From Oculina patagonica (lineage: Eukaryota): a stretch of 64,000 bases of DNA. The notes below the pieces were generated by a model. It saw only the letters and a program-made list of their open reading frames with translations. It searched no databases and had not been told where the DNA came from. Location: the NCBI RefSeq assembly GCF_052425735.1, contig NC_135769.1:17484001-17548000 (forward strand), given 5' to 3'. Positions 13,183 through 24,957 of this stretch are shown one piece after another (positions within the stretch are counted from its first letter, which is position 1; every line of letters begins with the position of its first letter). The position numbers were made by a program, and so were the translations under genes.

Positions 13183-14143
13183 GTAAGCTTATTTTGGGGG
13201 ATCTTAAAAGGAACTAGAAATCAAGGATGTGGTTGGAAATTAACTTAAAAGATTGCCCAGATTTACAGGCTATGTTATAAATTTACTTGCAGCTGTACAC
13301 TGAAATATAATTAAGCTTATACAATGTGGCAACAATCAACGAGAAATGCCTCTGACATGGATATGTTGTGGTTTAAATATTTCTTTGGTTTTAAATTTTT
13401 AAGACCAGTTCGATTTTTAGTTCTCATTGTCTTATATTGATTATCATAATCTGAAACAAAGGAAACTAAAAATCAAACTGGCATGGTTTGAAGAATTTTA
13501 AGCACGATAAATTTAAACCACAACAGATACATAACATAAAGCTCTATGTCAATGATATGGAGTTCTTCAGATCGAGACATTTGAATGTTCCCTTTCTTGG
13601 TAAATCTTCGCTTTTTACTGCAGACATGTTTTGTCTGTATTGTTTTGCTTGCATTAAATATTGATTTTTGGTGTTAAAATGCACCAAAAGTGGAGTGACA
13701 GTGTTGTTGTTGTTGTTGCGTGTGGTATCCAGTGGTGTAGTGATGCACCCCGATTCTTCATGTTTGCAGGTGTTCCGATAGTACATGTATTTCAACTATC
13801 ACATTACTATTGCAAATATAGTCAAATTGGCCTCAATAGTTACCACTAAATAAGCAGTAATGGTCTCAAGTAAGAACATCACGGGATATACATGTTGTTG
13901 TTTAAATTTATTTTTGGTTTAAAGTGTTTACAGATTCGACCAGATTTTTGAACAGCCAAAGTTTATATTTGTGTCACTGTTAACAAGCGTCTTTGGCTGC
14001 AGATGGCTCAGATGGAAATGGATTGCAACTTGAAAAATTAAGGCTTAACTTTTTCAAGTTGTTTCTGTGCATCTTCTGCAAATTAAAGTTATATATTCCT
14101 TTAGATGTTCAAAGATGATGTTTTTCATGGGTTAATTTGCCCC

Positions 14144-14492
14144 CAGGGGGGTACTCAGGGTTTTAAGTGACAGGGATGATTGAAGGATTTTTTTGGGTTT
14201 GAAATTTTCGATTCTGGGATTTTTTGGGTAGGAAAATTTGGCTAGTATTTTTTTGATTTGAGTAGGGATTTTTTTGGGTATTCAAAACAATCTGAAGATT
14301 TGTGGTAGTCCCTTGGCTGTGTAGTTCTGCGAATAAAGTACAAACAAACATGTTTTGCTGTTGATTTTTGAGGGATCAATTTCTGATCTAGGGATCTTTT
14401 TGGGTTATGTAGGAAGCTCTAGGGATTTTTTTTGGTCTTTATTTTTCCTCCCATTCGATCATCCCCGTCACTTAAAATCCCAAGTACTCCCC
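14144..14492. mobile_element. MITE in TEDC2 intron 2
   Basis: Inverted ends GGGGTACTCAGGGTTTTAAGTGACAGGGATGAT / ATCATCCCCGTCACTTAAAATCCCAAGTACTCCCC. Confidence 0.6.
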
Positions 14493-14810
14493 CTCTACCA
14501 CTAATTTCAAAACAGTTTAGACCAAAAATCTGCGAAATCTCCATGACATAGCTTCTTTAAAAACAATGGATTAGAAGGAATAGAGTAGCCACAGTCAGGG
14601 TTACATTCTAAGGAACCAGTTTATGCAGCTTACATTATATTTTATAAACAATGGGGTTGTTTTGGAGCTATTGATTTTCTGTTCTATATTGTTCTGAGGA
14701 ACTTTGTTGCCTTGCCTTTCTTTCTTTTATGTTGCTTGTGAGTTTCACAGGTTCTTACTCCAAAGATGAGGCAAACAATATGATTGATTTTTTTGTGCTT
14801 AATGATGTAG

Positions 14811-14926
14811 GCCAATAAAATCCAAAATGGATAAAAAAGATGAAGAAAACACAGGAGGAACTGGACAGTCACAAATGACACAGAGTGGAGAACCCATTAC
14901 AGAAGACACAGAAACTGAAATCAAAG
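14811..14926 (+). CDS. TEDC2: TEDC2-like, exon 3
   Basis: TAG acceptor and GTGAG donor, phase 2 to 1. Encodes PIKSKMDKKDEENTGGTGQSQMTQSGEPITEDTETEIK. Confidence 0.65.
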
Positions 14927-15254
14927 GTGAGGACTTAATGTCTCTAATGTCTTTCTGAGATACCATCATGACACTTTGTCTTCTTGCTCCCCGAAACACA
15001 TGGTGTGGCCGCGTGATTCAGGGGACAAGTGAGTTCAGAGTACGGAACTTGATATAGTGTACAGTTCAATCTTTATTGTGCATTTTATTTGCGTTGACTC
15101 TTGAGCTAACATTATTTAAATTTGCTACACCATGCCGATGAGTCCCAGTAGGGCAAATCAGCTGTCCACAGTTGCAACCCTCCTCTATCAGTTCTAGTTG
15201 TGTTGGTGTCTCGCAAAATGGCTGCATGGGAGGCTACACACTAACTAATGGAGA

Positions 15255-15357
15255 GTGCAGTGGCCTAAGAGTTAGGGTGCTGAACTCTGGATTGAACGGT
15301 CTGGGTTTGTGCCCTTGTCGGGGTCACAGAGTTGTGTTCTTGGGCAAGACACTTACC
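15255..15357 (+). mobile_element. Truncated tRNA-head SINE fragment
   Basis: A-box-like GTGGCCTAAGAGTTAG followed by a GTTGTGTTCTTGGGCAAGACACTTA core-like motif. Confidence 0.5.
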
Positions 15358-15775
15358 GGTAACTGGCTTAAGGGGGAAATACACCTGAAGGTCATTTTTT
15401 TACAGCTTAACACAGGTGTAATGAAAATAACTTGTTTGCGTTTCAAGGAATCCAAAAATGCTCTCATTATCTGATGTATGGTGTTCTATAAATTTTTAAG
15501 TGATTTTTGGAGATGTTAGGAGAAGGTAGTTTTTTTGAAAAGGATTACTAAAATGTAGAGAAATAAGAATTGGTAGACAGACACCAGACAACCTGGAGTG
15601 CTCTTGTATGGTGGTCAACTGTCTGGTGTTTAAATTTTTTTTCTTCAATCCCTTCTTTAAACCTCTTAACATTTCATTCAAATTCCAGTACTGTATATTG
15701 CCCCCTTAATGCTATAGAAACCAGGACACTTGGCCTGAACACAGACTTTACCAACATACTGACTATACAGACTTG

Positions 15776-16546
15776 GGTCGTGTTCTATTGGGGTCAACCG
15801 TTTCGACCACAACCGGTTTTGGTTGAGACGGTTGACGTTTCTCAATAGAACACTTTTCCAACCTTGTTCGGTTGAAACGCGGTAACTCCTGGAAATAGTC
15901 ATTACCATACTTCCATGTTCACACGCCGAGGTAAACATGGCGGCCGGTAGTCGTGCTGTTGTGTCCTTTGTACTTTCCGAAGTCTTAGAAGAAGATATTT
16001 TAAGAGATGAATCCGACGATGAACTAAAGGGATAAGCAGCTTATTTTTTAGACAACGAACGAACACCTGCTGTTCGTATTCGTGAATATGTGGAAGAAGT
16101 TGTGACAAATTTGCCAGACTCACATCTGAAAATTTGGGTTCGTGCACACGATGAGAAGTTTTGCACTTTTGTCCGTCCAGCGCATGAAACCTCCGGACTC
16201 ATTGCTGCTGCCTACCGAACAGCCTGAGACAGCTTCATTTTCGCCAATTTGGGCGGCCATTAATTCCTGAACCTCCTCCCTGTCAAGTGTTTTATACGAG
16301 AAACTCCCGAAACTCGCCATCTATTTGTTGTTTACGAGTGTCGCGAGCAGCAAAGATCCCAGCAGCAGCAATTATAAAAAGCTTGCGAAAATGACCAATA
16401 CTTTATCAACCGTTTCAACCTGGTTTGATGCCGGTTGAAAAAGTGAATCAACCAAACCAACCAAAAACGGTTCTTTCCCAAAAGAACACGAAAAAACACA
16501 ACCAACCCAACCAACTTAAAATGGTTGATCCCAATAGAACACGACC
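15776..16546. mobile_element. Deleted PIF/Harbinger DNA transposon
   Basis: TIRs GGTCGTGTTCTATTGGG.TCAACC / GGTTGATCCCAATAGAACACGACC with a 3-bp TSD (TTG). Internal minus-strand ORF 16120-16320 ends in a Myb/SANT-like start (RWTDKSAKLLI). Confidence 0.75.
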
Positions 16547-16597
16547 TTGGACAAACTTTATTAGTATAATGGATAGTACTATTTTCTTTTGTTTTAG

Positions 16598-16680
16598 CAA
16601 AGGAAGCTGAGAAGCAAGATTTAGCAGCACTTGAAAGTCTGTTAGCCAAGGCACAAAAAGCAAGGGACATACAGACAAAG
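16598..16680 (+). CDS. TEDC2: TEDC2-like, exon 4
   Basis: TTTTAG acceptor and GT donor. AKEAEKQDLAALESLLAKAQKARDIQTK resembles the TEDC2 ELExLxxALEKAxRVR helix. Confidence 0.75.
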
Positions 16681-17119
16681 GTACATAAAAATTTAACCAT
16701 TTTTAATGCCAGAATCCCCCCCTGCCAATTGTTAACATAATTGTTAATTGTTCAGAAGTTTGGTTGAAACCCAGGTACCATTAACGACAATTTAAAAGTA
16801 CCTAGTCACTTATTCAATAGACCAATCAAAGGAATAAGTGCCAGTTTTGGCAAATCTTCATTGAAGCACTTGAAGAGTTTCTGAACTATTTCATCCAATC
16901 AAAAACTAGTGCTAGCGCTTACGAGTACTCTGAAAGCGATCGTGCGAGGAAATACGTCATGTTGCTTAGCAACTTCTTTGAAGAAAACGGCGGGCTCAGT
17001 CACTTCTCGGAGAAGTGATGTCACCATCAACTGGCACTTATTCCCCCAACTAAGACATGAAATATTTATTTAAAAAAAATGAATTACCCTAAATCTGAGG
17101 ACTCTTATTTGTTTTGAAG

Positions 17120-17189
17120 ATTGATGAAGCTGCAGCCAAAGCAAACCAGAAGAAGAAAATAACCAAAAAACTTCTTCCAGTAACTACCA
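17120..17189 (+). CDS. TEDC2: TEDC2-like, exon 5
   Basis: AAG acceptor and GTAAGT donor, phase 0 to 1. Encodes IDEAAAKANQKKKITKKLLPVTT. Confidence 0.6.
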
Positions 17190-18410
17190 GTAAGTATGTT
17201 CATTGATTATATTCAATGTTGTAGCTGTTAGTTTATTTTTGGACAGATCTTGATAGTCAACAAGCTGTCACTCTTTTATCTTTGTTCAGACACACCTGTC
17301 ACTTCTAGTTTTACTGAACAAAAAAGTTTTTCCTTTTGCCTTTTTGTTTCTCACTTGATGCACTAAGGAATAAGAGGGGCCGCTCTAGTCTAAGATCTTG
17401 GCGACTTGCTGATGTACTGACTTGGTGTCTTGGAGTCAGGGAGCCCAGTGATATTATTTTATTAATCTGCAAGTGCAAGCCATGTCTGTACGAATACACC
17501 TGAGCCACAGCTACCTCTGTCTCCAAAGTGACTGTTGTGGAGAGGTTGGACTGTAGCTTACAACCTGATCCATTATGGCATACATGTACACTGTAGCTTC
17601 CAAACTAGGGATTGGTGGAAAAGAGTACTCATCAGTGTGTGGTACTCGCCCTGGATGGGATGTTACCCCCTATAAGTTTGCAATGTCACTTCCTAGTACT
17701 TTATTATGCATGTGTATTTGTATTCTAGGTAATTTTTAAATAATCATGTTATGTATATTTCAGTAATGTCATGAAATTTTAAAGAATATAAATAACTGTA
17801 TAAGTTATTTTCTATTTTTTTATCTGTAATTAAGTTTTGAAGGTCCAGATCAGCCCTAGGCTGCCATCTTTATAGACCTTTGTTTTCAAATAAAGTATGT
17901 ATGTACCCATTTATAAACCTGAGTGGTGAGAAGCACTGTGAGAGTAAAGTGTTTTGCCCATGAGCGTTCTAAAATGACGTCATCTGAAACATGGGTAAAA
18001 CACTTATTTGTTCTATTGATCTTAGTCGGGGGTAATCTTTTTCGCCTCTTCACAGGACTTGTAAATGGTCTTCAGTCCTGCATTTAGGGTTGTTTGTCAT
18101 GTTCTAACTGGGCAGCAATTCTTTTTGTTCTTGCATTTGCCTTTGGACTCCACTGAATCAAGGGCTTATACTTATGATGGTAATGATCTAACTACATGTT
18201 AGTCGTGAATGAATTTGTTAGACCAAGCTTATCTCTCTTTGCCCTTTCAAATCAGCTCTTTTGTTTTATGGGAAGGGGCGCAGGCTTTATCATTCTCCTT
18301 GGTCTGTCTCGCCTTTTCTCTTAGCCAGACTGCTGGGTTTGTGTTGAGAGACAAGCAGATGACTGTTTGGCATTTCACAGAAGTCAAGCTTTCGTACAAA
18401 TCTCTTTCAG

Positions 18411-18686
18411 AGCCTGCGTTAAAGCAACCCATGCAACATGCAGCAAAGCAAACTATTCCAAAGGCTTCCAAACCTCAACCTAAACCGCCTGCACCCGTCA
18501 GAAAGCCTGTGACACAGAAGCCAGCTATAAAGAGCACATATAATGCATCATATGGGAGACCCGCCTCAGCGAAATCCCTCATGCGACCCACAAGCTCTCG
18601 TGGTTCTGCTAAGATGTACCTAGACAGTATCTTGAATAAAGATGCGAAGAAAGGAACACATTCAATAGCTGTTTCCAGGGAGCCAG
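18411..18686 (+). CDS. TEDC2: TEDC2-like, exon 6
   Basis: TCTTTCAG acceptor (an in-frame alternative starts the exon at 18381) and GTAA donor. Pro/Lys-rich PALKQPMQHAAK...AVSREP, phase 1 on both sides. Confidence 0.65.
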
Positions 18687-18855
18687 GTAATGACAGTTGT
18701 CAGGGTAGTATACTTGTCATCAATGTCTGGAAAGGGAATAGGGGGACAGTGGCGGGGATGCACCCAGGGCAGAGGTGGGGGGGGGGATACATTTGCTCCC
18801 GGCAAAATCCTCGTACAATTTCTTTATAGATTCCCCCTGTATTTTAGCACTCCTG

Positions 18856-19202
18856 CAGGGTTGCCACGGTCAGGGAGAAACAAAAAAAAATTCAAGGTCA
18901 GGGAAAATCTTAGTTCTTGTCAAAGTCAGTGAAATGTCAGGGAATTTTGGCTGAAACAAGAAAACAAAATGGATTTGTTGGGGAAGTCAAATGCCATGCA
19001 TTCAGAATCCGTGAAAACGTCAAGAGACAAAAACGAAGAGAAGACTATCGATGTTCTGCAAAAGAAGCTGAAGCAAATGTAAAAAAGATTGGGCTTATTT
19101 GTTTATTCATCAAATTCAAGGTCAGTGAAAATTGTTTTGAGGTCAGTAAAAAGTCAGGGAAAAGTCAGGGAATTTTTTGGGTTCTAACGAGTGGCAACCC
19201 TG
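18856..19202. mobile_element. Non-autonomous hAT-like element with 5-bp TSD (hAT5-like)
   Basis: TIR CAGGGTTGCCAC / GTGGCAACCCTG, TSD TCCTG at 18851-18855 and 19203-19207, and repeated GTCAGGGAA motifs. Confidence 0.75.
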
Positions 19203-19702
19203 TCCTGTAATACGGACAACGGACACTAACTCAGGCACAGATGTATGCGATACTCCTTTATTATTGACGATAGTCGTTTGATGTACGTTGCAATATCACG
19301 CCTTATTGAACTAGTAGCGTGTTGTTTTGTAAGTAAATTGTAATTAGCGTAGCGTGCTGTTTTCTCCTAACTTAAACTTACTCTATACTGATAAAAAAAG
19401 ATCACGCCTTTGTCAAAACCAATCCAGTAAAGTTACGGAAAAGGGCCTGTTGAAGTAGTCGACGGGGCTTGTTAAAATAGCCTATGAAGTCTATGACAAC
19501 CAATGCCCAATACCTTCATCAAATCATTTCATGGCAAAACTGAATAATCCTTATCAAAGATAACTTTGTTTTACCGCTTATAAAGATCTGCTGGAAGTTT
19601 CGTTACACATACTTGAACAAACTTCAAGAAAAGTAAAACCGAAATTAATTCTGTTTTGCTAAACGTGGAGTACATTTAGTGACATTTATCTGTATTTTCC
19701 AG

Positions 19703-20482
19703 GTCACATTTCTTCAAAGACTGGAGCAGAATCTTCTGGAAAAGTTGTGCAGAGGGTGAAAGCACCTGAGAAGTTAAATCTTGAAGAGAAGGATAACCAT
19801 GCAAAGACGCATTCTGAAGAATCACGCCGTGATTTACAAATTGCTTTGTCGTCAGAGAAAGATTGCGCAGCTTCAGCGAAACCACTTGATAAAGCTGACG
19901 ATGTGAACAAATTCACTGAGTGTTCTGGGGAATTCCAAGTGAGTAAATTACAAGTCGATAAAGCGAAGCAGTTAGCGCTGAATGATGATAAGCCGCAATG
20001 TGTCACAGGTAAACCAGGAGAATTCTCTAGGTTGGGTAACCTGGATTCCCAATTTAAATCAGAGGAAAGAGTTTTCCAAGATCGCAGAGAAGACACGCTT
20101 GATCCTTTCGCTGAAGGTGCCGAGTTTGCATTACCCGGTAAATACCGTAAGCTAAAGTCAACAAGCACACGGCTCTACTCTGAACTTAGAAAGATTGTCG
20201 AAAAAGACGACAAACCTTCGCACTGTCAGCATTTTGTTGAGCGTCTTGAAACAGTGTTTGATGTAGGGAATGTTTCCACTCTCAACGAAATCCACGACAA
20301 AGCTAATGGACTCCTTGAAGAACATGAAAAACTGTCCTTACTCGGCAATGCTGTTGTTACTCGAAGTCATAATCTGAGGGACGATTCCTCTTGGCAGGAA
20401 GTTTACAAATGCTACAGGCACTGGCAGATTGTACTCAGCAAGTTTAACGAACTGCAAAGACGGACACAACAGTTACTGCAAG
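19703..20482 (+). CDS. TEDC2: TEDC2-like, exon 7 (last exon recognised)
   Basis: TTTTCCAG acceptor and GTAAGT donor at 20483. Contains GAEFALPGKYRKLKSTSTRLYSEL, similar to the TEDC2 GxxLxLPxxFRKxxSxNxxLW block. Confidence 0.75.
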
Positions 20483-20756
20483 GTAAGTGTGAAGTTCTAA
20501 ACTCCCTTTGCTTTTTACCATACAAATCTCTTAATGTTAGTGTGGAGAATTCAGAATTACATCAAGACAATATCATCAAGTTGATGATTTCCTTTATTCT
20601 CCTCATCTATCTTCTACGAAATCGACTGATACAGTGAGGAGAAAAAAGATATTGGTCACTGTAGAGGCGGATTTAAAATACTTAATTAAAGGTGACATTT
20701 GTTTACCGAAGCAACTGATTTAGTACAAGTGCTAATGCGGCCGAGCATTCAAACAT

Positions 20757-20962
20757 TAGAAACAAATGTTACAAACTGAACTAAACATAGCAAGGTTTAA
20801 AACCCAACTGGCAGGAGCCAAACCAGTTGGCTATTTACAAGTGTAGCCGAGGAGTTGAACTCGGGTCTACCGTAAATCAACCCCAGGCAGTGGTCAGAAC
20901 GGGACTTGAACTCGGTACCTCCGGATTTCAAGTTCGGCGCTCTAACCACTTGGCTACGCTGT
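20757..20962 (-). mobile_element. tRNA-derived SINE
   Basis: Minus-strand A box TAGCCAAGTGG and B box GAGTTCAAGTCC. The body matches 9725-9955. Confidence 0.75.
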
Positions 20963-22565
20963 CGTGTATGCTTTCGTGTTACATGACTTCGACACGAATG
21001 CAGATCCCTTAATTTTGAAACTGTTTCAATGTGTGAAACTCTATCCTGCGAAAGATTTTTTATAGGTTTTGTTTTGCAAAAGGCGAAAGAGAAACCTTGG
21101 TGCTTTTGTAGGCAATAAATTCTCCCAACTATTACGGTAAGGATGATATTTTATCGGCCGAGTTGAAGCCAACAAGCGGTTCGTTTTCTAGAAGATGCAC
21201 ACTGTGAGCGACGGTGGTAGTAGAAACATCATTGTTACTTATTGATTGTCGAATTTGTTCATATTGCTTTGTAAACTAGAAGAAGGGTTTAGTCCTTCTT
21301 ATCATGAAGGCACTGTCAAAAACGAACGTATTGGCAGGGCCTTTGGGTGTTATTCTTCAATGGGTCATGTTCTTGTTTGTGAAACTTATAATGATGTCAC
21401 AGGCATTTTCTACAGATTACATCCATCTCCAATACACCCAATCTGAGTCGATTTGTCTTAAGTACATGACAAATCAACTCACTGAAAGTCGAGTCGCGCA
21501 ATAATATAAACTGGTTCAGGGTTCAAAGATAATGAATTTTCCAGGATGCCCTTCAGATACGTTGAAGCTACTGTGTGCTAGCAGGAAGGCCTTTTTCAGT
21601 GGCTGTACATGTATTTAATCTTCGAACAAACAAGGCCATCGGGCAAGTGATGAATAAAAATCCACTAGCCCGACAGGAAAATCCACTAGTCCCGGGCTAT
21701 CAGACAGGACTTTCTTTGCGCGCTGAAACCTTCCTTGTTCTTGAAGCGGGGGCTAGTAATACAAACTCGATTTGCACGGGTCGACTCGATTCGTCTTTAG
21801 GAAAGTCGACTCGTCTCAGCAGAAGTCGAATCACATGAAAATATGATTATAACATGAAAGGGGGCTAGTAAATACTGTCGAACGTCTTTAGAAAACTCGA
21901 TCCTCCTTACCGGAAATCGAGTCGCGTGAGACAGTAATAACATGAACCTTCCTCGTTGTAAACGCTTGTGCGTAAGATTGATCATATAACACGAAGAAGT
22001 CTTCATATTATGTTAAAGCGTAATATGCGCCACGAGAAATTACAAGAAAACGTCATGCAAAGTTTTGATTTCCTTGTAAAACGTTCGCCTGAAAAGTTCC
22101 TCAAAAACGGTCTACCAAAATGTTTTGATTCTGGAATCAGTTTTGTCAACCCCTGATATGTATCTGCATTCGTCTTTGGCCTTGCCTCGTATGATGTCGA
22201 ACATCAAATCACTTCCGGGATTGACAAACCGCTCGGAGTAAATTTATGAACTGTCTAAAAATTACCATGTTGTATGATGTTGGTATGTGTAAATTTGTCA
22301 ACAATCACTTCCTCCAGAGGTCGACCACAAACCTATAAAGGCTCTGCGCTGAATAAATGCATTATAAGGATGTGATTGGTTTGGAGTCAACATGTAATCC
22401 CCAAAGCAAGGGCAGCGTTATTTTCGAACCGCGCGCATCACTGATACTTGTAAATCGTTTTTTGTGGGCAATTTTTTGAACGTTTAAGCGGCAATATATA
22501 GAGAATTTTTAACAACAAACTTTAGTTGGTACACCTGACCAATAGAAAGTTAGGTTTAGAAAGTC

Positions 22566-22576
22566 GGGGATTCCCC
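22566..22576. promoter_or_regulatory. NF-kB consensus site upstream of microprotein copy 1
   Basis: GGGGATTCCCC, about 760 bp 5' of the ATG at 23337. Confidence 0.5.
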
Positions 22577-23336
22577 GAATACACCTGGCACAATTTGATC
22601 GTCATGCCAAGCACTTTGTTTCTATTGATGTATCGTCGTTCAAATCCGAATTTTGTTTTTTTTTTGTTAAGGGATCCTTTGTATGAGCACAGTGAACGCG
22701 ACGAACACTGATTTTCGCCTTTTGCATCTTCAAACGTCGTTCTGTTTGAGCTGTGTTTATAGAAAACAGTGCTCAACGATGCCCAACGAAATAAAGATGT
22801 GACGATTGTTGCTTTTGAACCGGTTGACAGGATTGGCATTTCCGTAATACAATCCATGTCATTAACGAGTGACACTCGTGCATGCTTCATGAGAAAGCAG
22901 GTCTGACTTTGCCATGGTTATAGTGCGTCGCGTCATCGTTCGGTGAAACGTACATGAGGGAGCGGAGAGAAGGTCATTAAACATTTTATTTTGCTGTGTG
23001 TTATTATCAGCGGTGATAATAACAAATACAAGAGTCAAATACAAGAGTCTTGAAAGTATCTTAGAAGAAACCTCTTAGCAATTTCTGCGTTTTTTCTTAC
23101 AAGAGCTAAAAGCATCACAACAAAAACCTCCCAAGTACTATCCCCTAAGTAATGGAAATTCATGTGCCGTCAGCGAAGTAAATTTAGTCTCGTTCAATAC
23201 TATTTCATGATCAATGCAGCTCGTTGTATCCACGGCTCATTGCTGCTGCGCCACCTTGCGGGATATAAAGCAATAAATGATACTACACCGGCGCTCGATG
23301 TGCTTAATACATTTGGCCTTAGACAAGCTAGGAGAA

Positions 23337-23516
23337 ATGTTTCCTGAAGAAATTTGGTGGAGTGCTGTGTGTGGTGTCATCAGTGGTATAATCACGGTAG
23401 TGTTTCTAAAGTTACTGGAGAATACAGGACTCGGAGCAGGACAGAGAGGGATCAGAGGACAGGATTCGAACAAACCCGAGAAGAGGCCTCAAGAACATGA
23501 TGAGAGGTTTTGCTAA
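23337..23516 (+). CDS. PQEHDERFC single-pass microprotein, copy 1 (59 aa)
   Basis: MFPEEIWWSAVCGVISGIITVVFLKLLENTGLGAGQRGIRGQDSNKPEKRPQEHDERFC*. GTGAGT donor at 23525. The 3'UTR exon probably starts at 25916. Confidence 0.85.
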   Translation: MFPEEIWWSAVCGVISGIITVVFLKLLENTGLGAGQRGIRGQDSNKPEKRPQEHDERFC

Positions 23517-23812
23517 GGAGAACGGTGAGTGCAATTTTTCACACATTTGCTGGGAAATTGATTAGAGGACAAATTATTTATTTCAAAAGTTTTTATTTCG
23601 TTCGAACAGCGTAGAAGATTTCGCGCATAAATTAGGCCCGCCGGCGAATTCGACATCTTATTTTTTCTTTTCTAGTTTTATATGCTTTTTTCATTTTAAT
23701 TTGTTGTTTCTCAAAAACTGCAAATCGATATTATGACTTCGATGTGCTTAAATGTGTTAAAAATTCGGCTAAGCTTCCCGGGTTCGACGCACGACTTGAC
23801 ACGGTACGAGAT

Positions 23813-24957
23813 TATGCTTGTCAAACAGGATCAAAATGTCGAGGAGTGATATTTATTTATCGAGTTGCCATATTTATGTCCACATTGCATTATATATATC
23901 CAAAGTGCAATATGTATTTCCAAAACTAATATATATATCCAAAAATCCGGCGACCTGTTCTCGTTGTGTATATTACAATCAAATGATTTCACATATTTGG
24001 ATACAGTTTCGATATACATATTTCGCGGGCTTTTCTCGATATATATATTTCATGCGTTCTATTTCGGTCAGTATTGCATGTAAGTCTACATGACCTGTCC
24101 CGCATCCCGCAGCAAAACAATATGGCGGCTCGGTGGATACCAAACATCGATTCCTTTTTCGATTCTCTGGTGGGAGTCATACGAGGAGCAAGAAATCACT
24201 TGTCAACCAACCAAGCCGACAGTGCAGAATTCTGGTGTCGCAGACTTGACGATTATGAACGAACTGTGAGGTTGTTGTTAGCTAGAGTGATGGAATCGCG
24301 GCCCGATCAAGTTAATTTTGTGCGAGATTTGGCGTTGTTAATGGATACAATGGGAAATCTTAGAGAAGCGCTTGATGCTCGAAGTTTTCGTGGACAATTT
24401 GAAGTCGAAGGACAAGACGCTGTTCAAAATCTTTCCGCTGTAGACTAAACAAAGTTGTTGCCAAGAGGCATTTCAAATTCTACTCTTCTTCTTCGTAAAG
24501 TTATTGGAGAAACTCCCAATAAACGTGCCACATCAGCCCATCGAAATCCTTCCTCTCTGAGCATTCTAATTTGAGTGTCAGTTATGAGATACCTTGGTCT
24601 TCCCGTTCTTCCTGTATATGGTCTACTGTCGGCTTGGTTGGTTGACAAGTGATTGCTGCGGGATGCGGGACAGGTCATGTAGACTTACATGCAATACTGA
24701 CCGAAATAGAACGCATGAAATATATATATATCGAGAAAAGCCCGCGAAATATGTATATCGAAACTGTATCCAAATATGTGAAATCATTTGATTGTAATAT
24801 ACACAACGAGAACAGGTCGCCGGATTTTTGGATATATATATTAGTTTTGGACATACATATTGCACTTTGGATATATATAATGCAATGTGGACATAAATAT
24901 GGCAACTCGATAAATAAATATCACTCCTCGACATTTTGATCCTGTTTGACAAGCATA
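23813..24957. mobile_element. IS3EU-like foldback DNA transposon derivative in the intron of copy 1
   Basis: Termini TATGCTTG / CAAGCATA, about 300-bp inverted arms, and a 6-bp TSD CGAGAT (23807-23812, 24958-24963). The empty site is seen in the mirror arm near 62310. Internal HTH fragment GRPRYLITDTQIRMLREEGFRWADVARLLGVSPITLRRRR. Confidence 0.75.

Noticed and set aside
22522-22890. 122-aa minus-strand ORF
   Set aside because: No recognisable domain, splice structure or paralogous conservation.
23499-23513. HDEL-type ER retention signal or CaaX box
   Set aside because: HDE is not terminal, and the Cys is the last residue rather than position -4.
23481-23516. RFamide-like neuropeptide precursor (K-x-P-Q...RF)
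   Set aside because: There is no amidation Gly (Cys-stop instead), only one peptide per precursor, and the N-terminus looks like an uncleaved anchor. Not fully excluded without SignalP or peptidomics.
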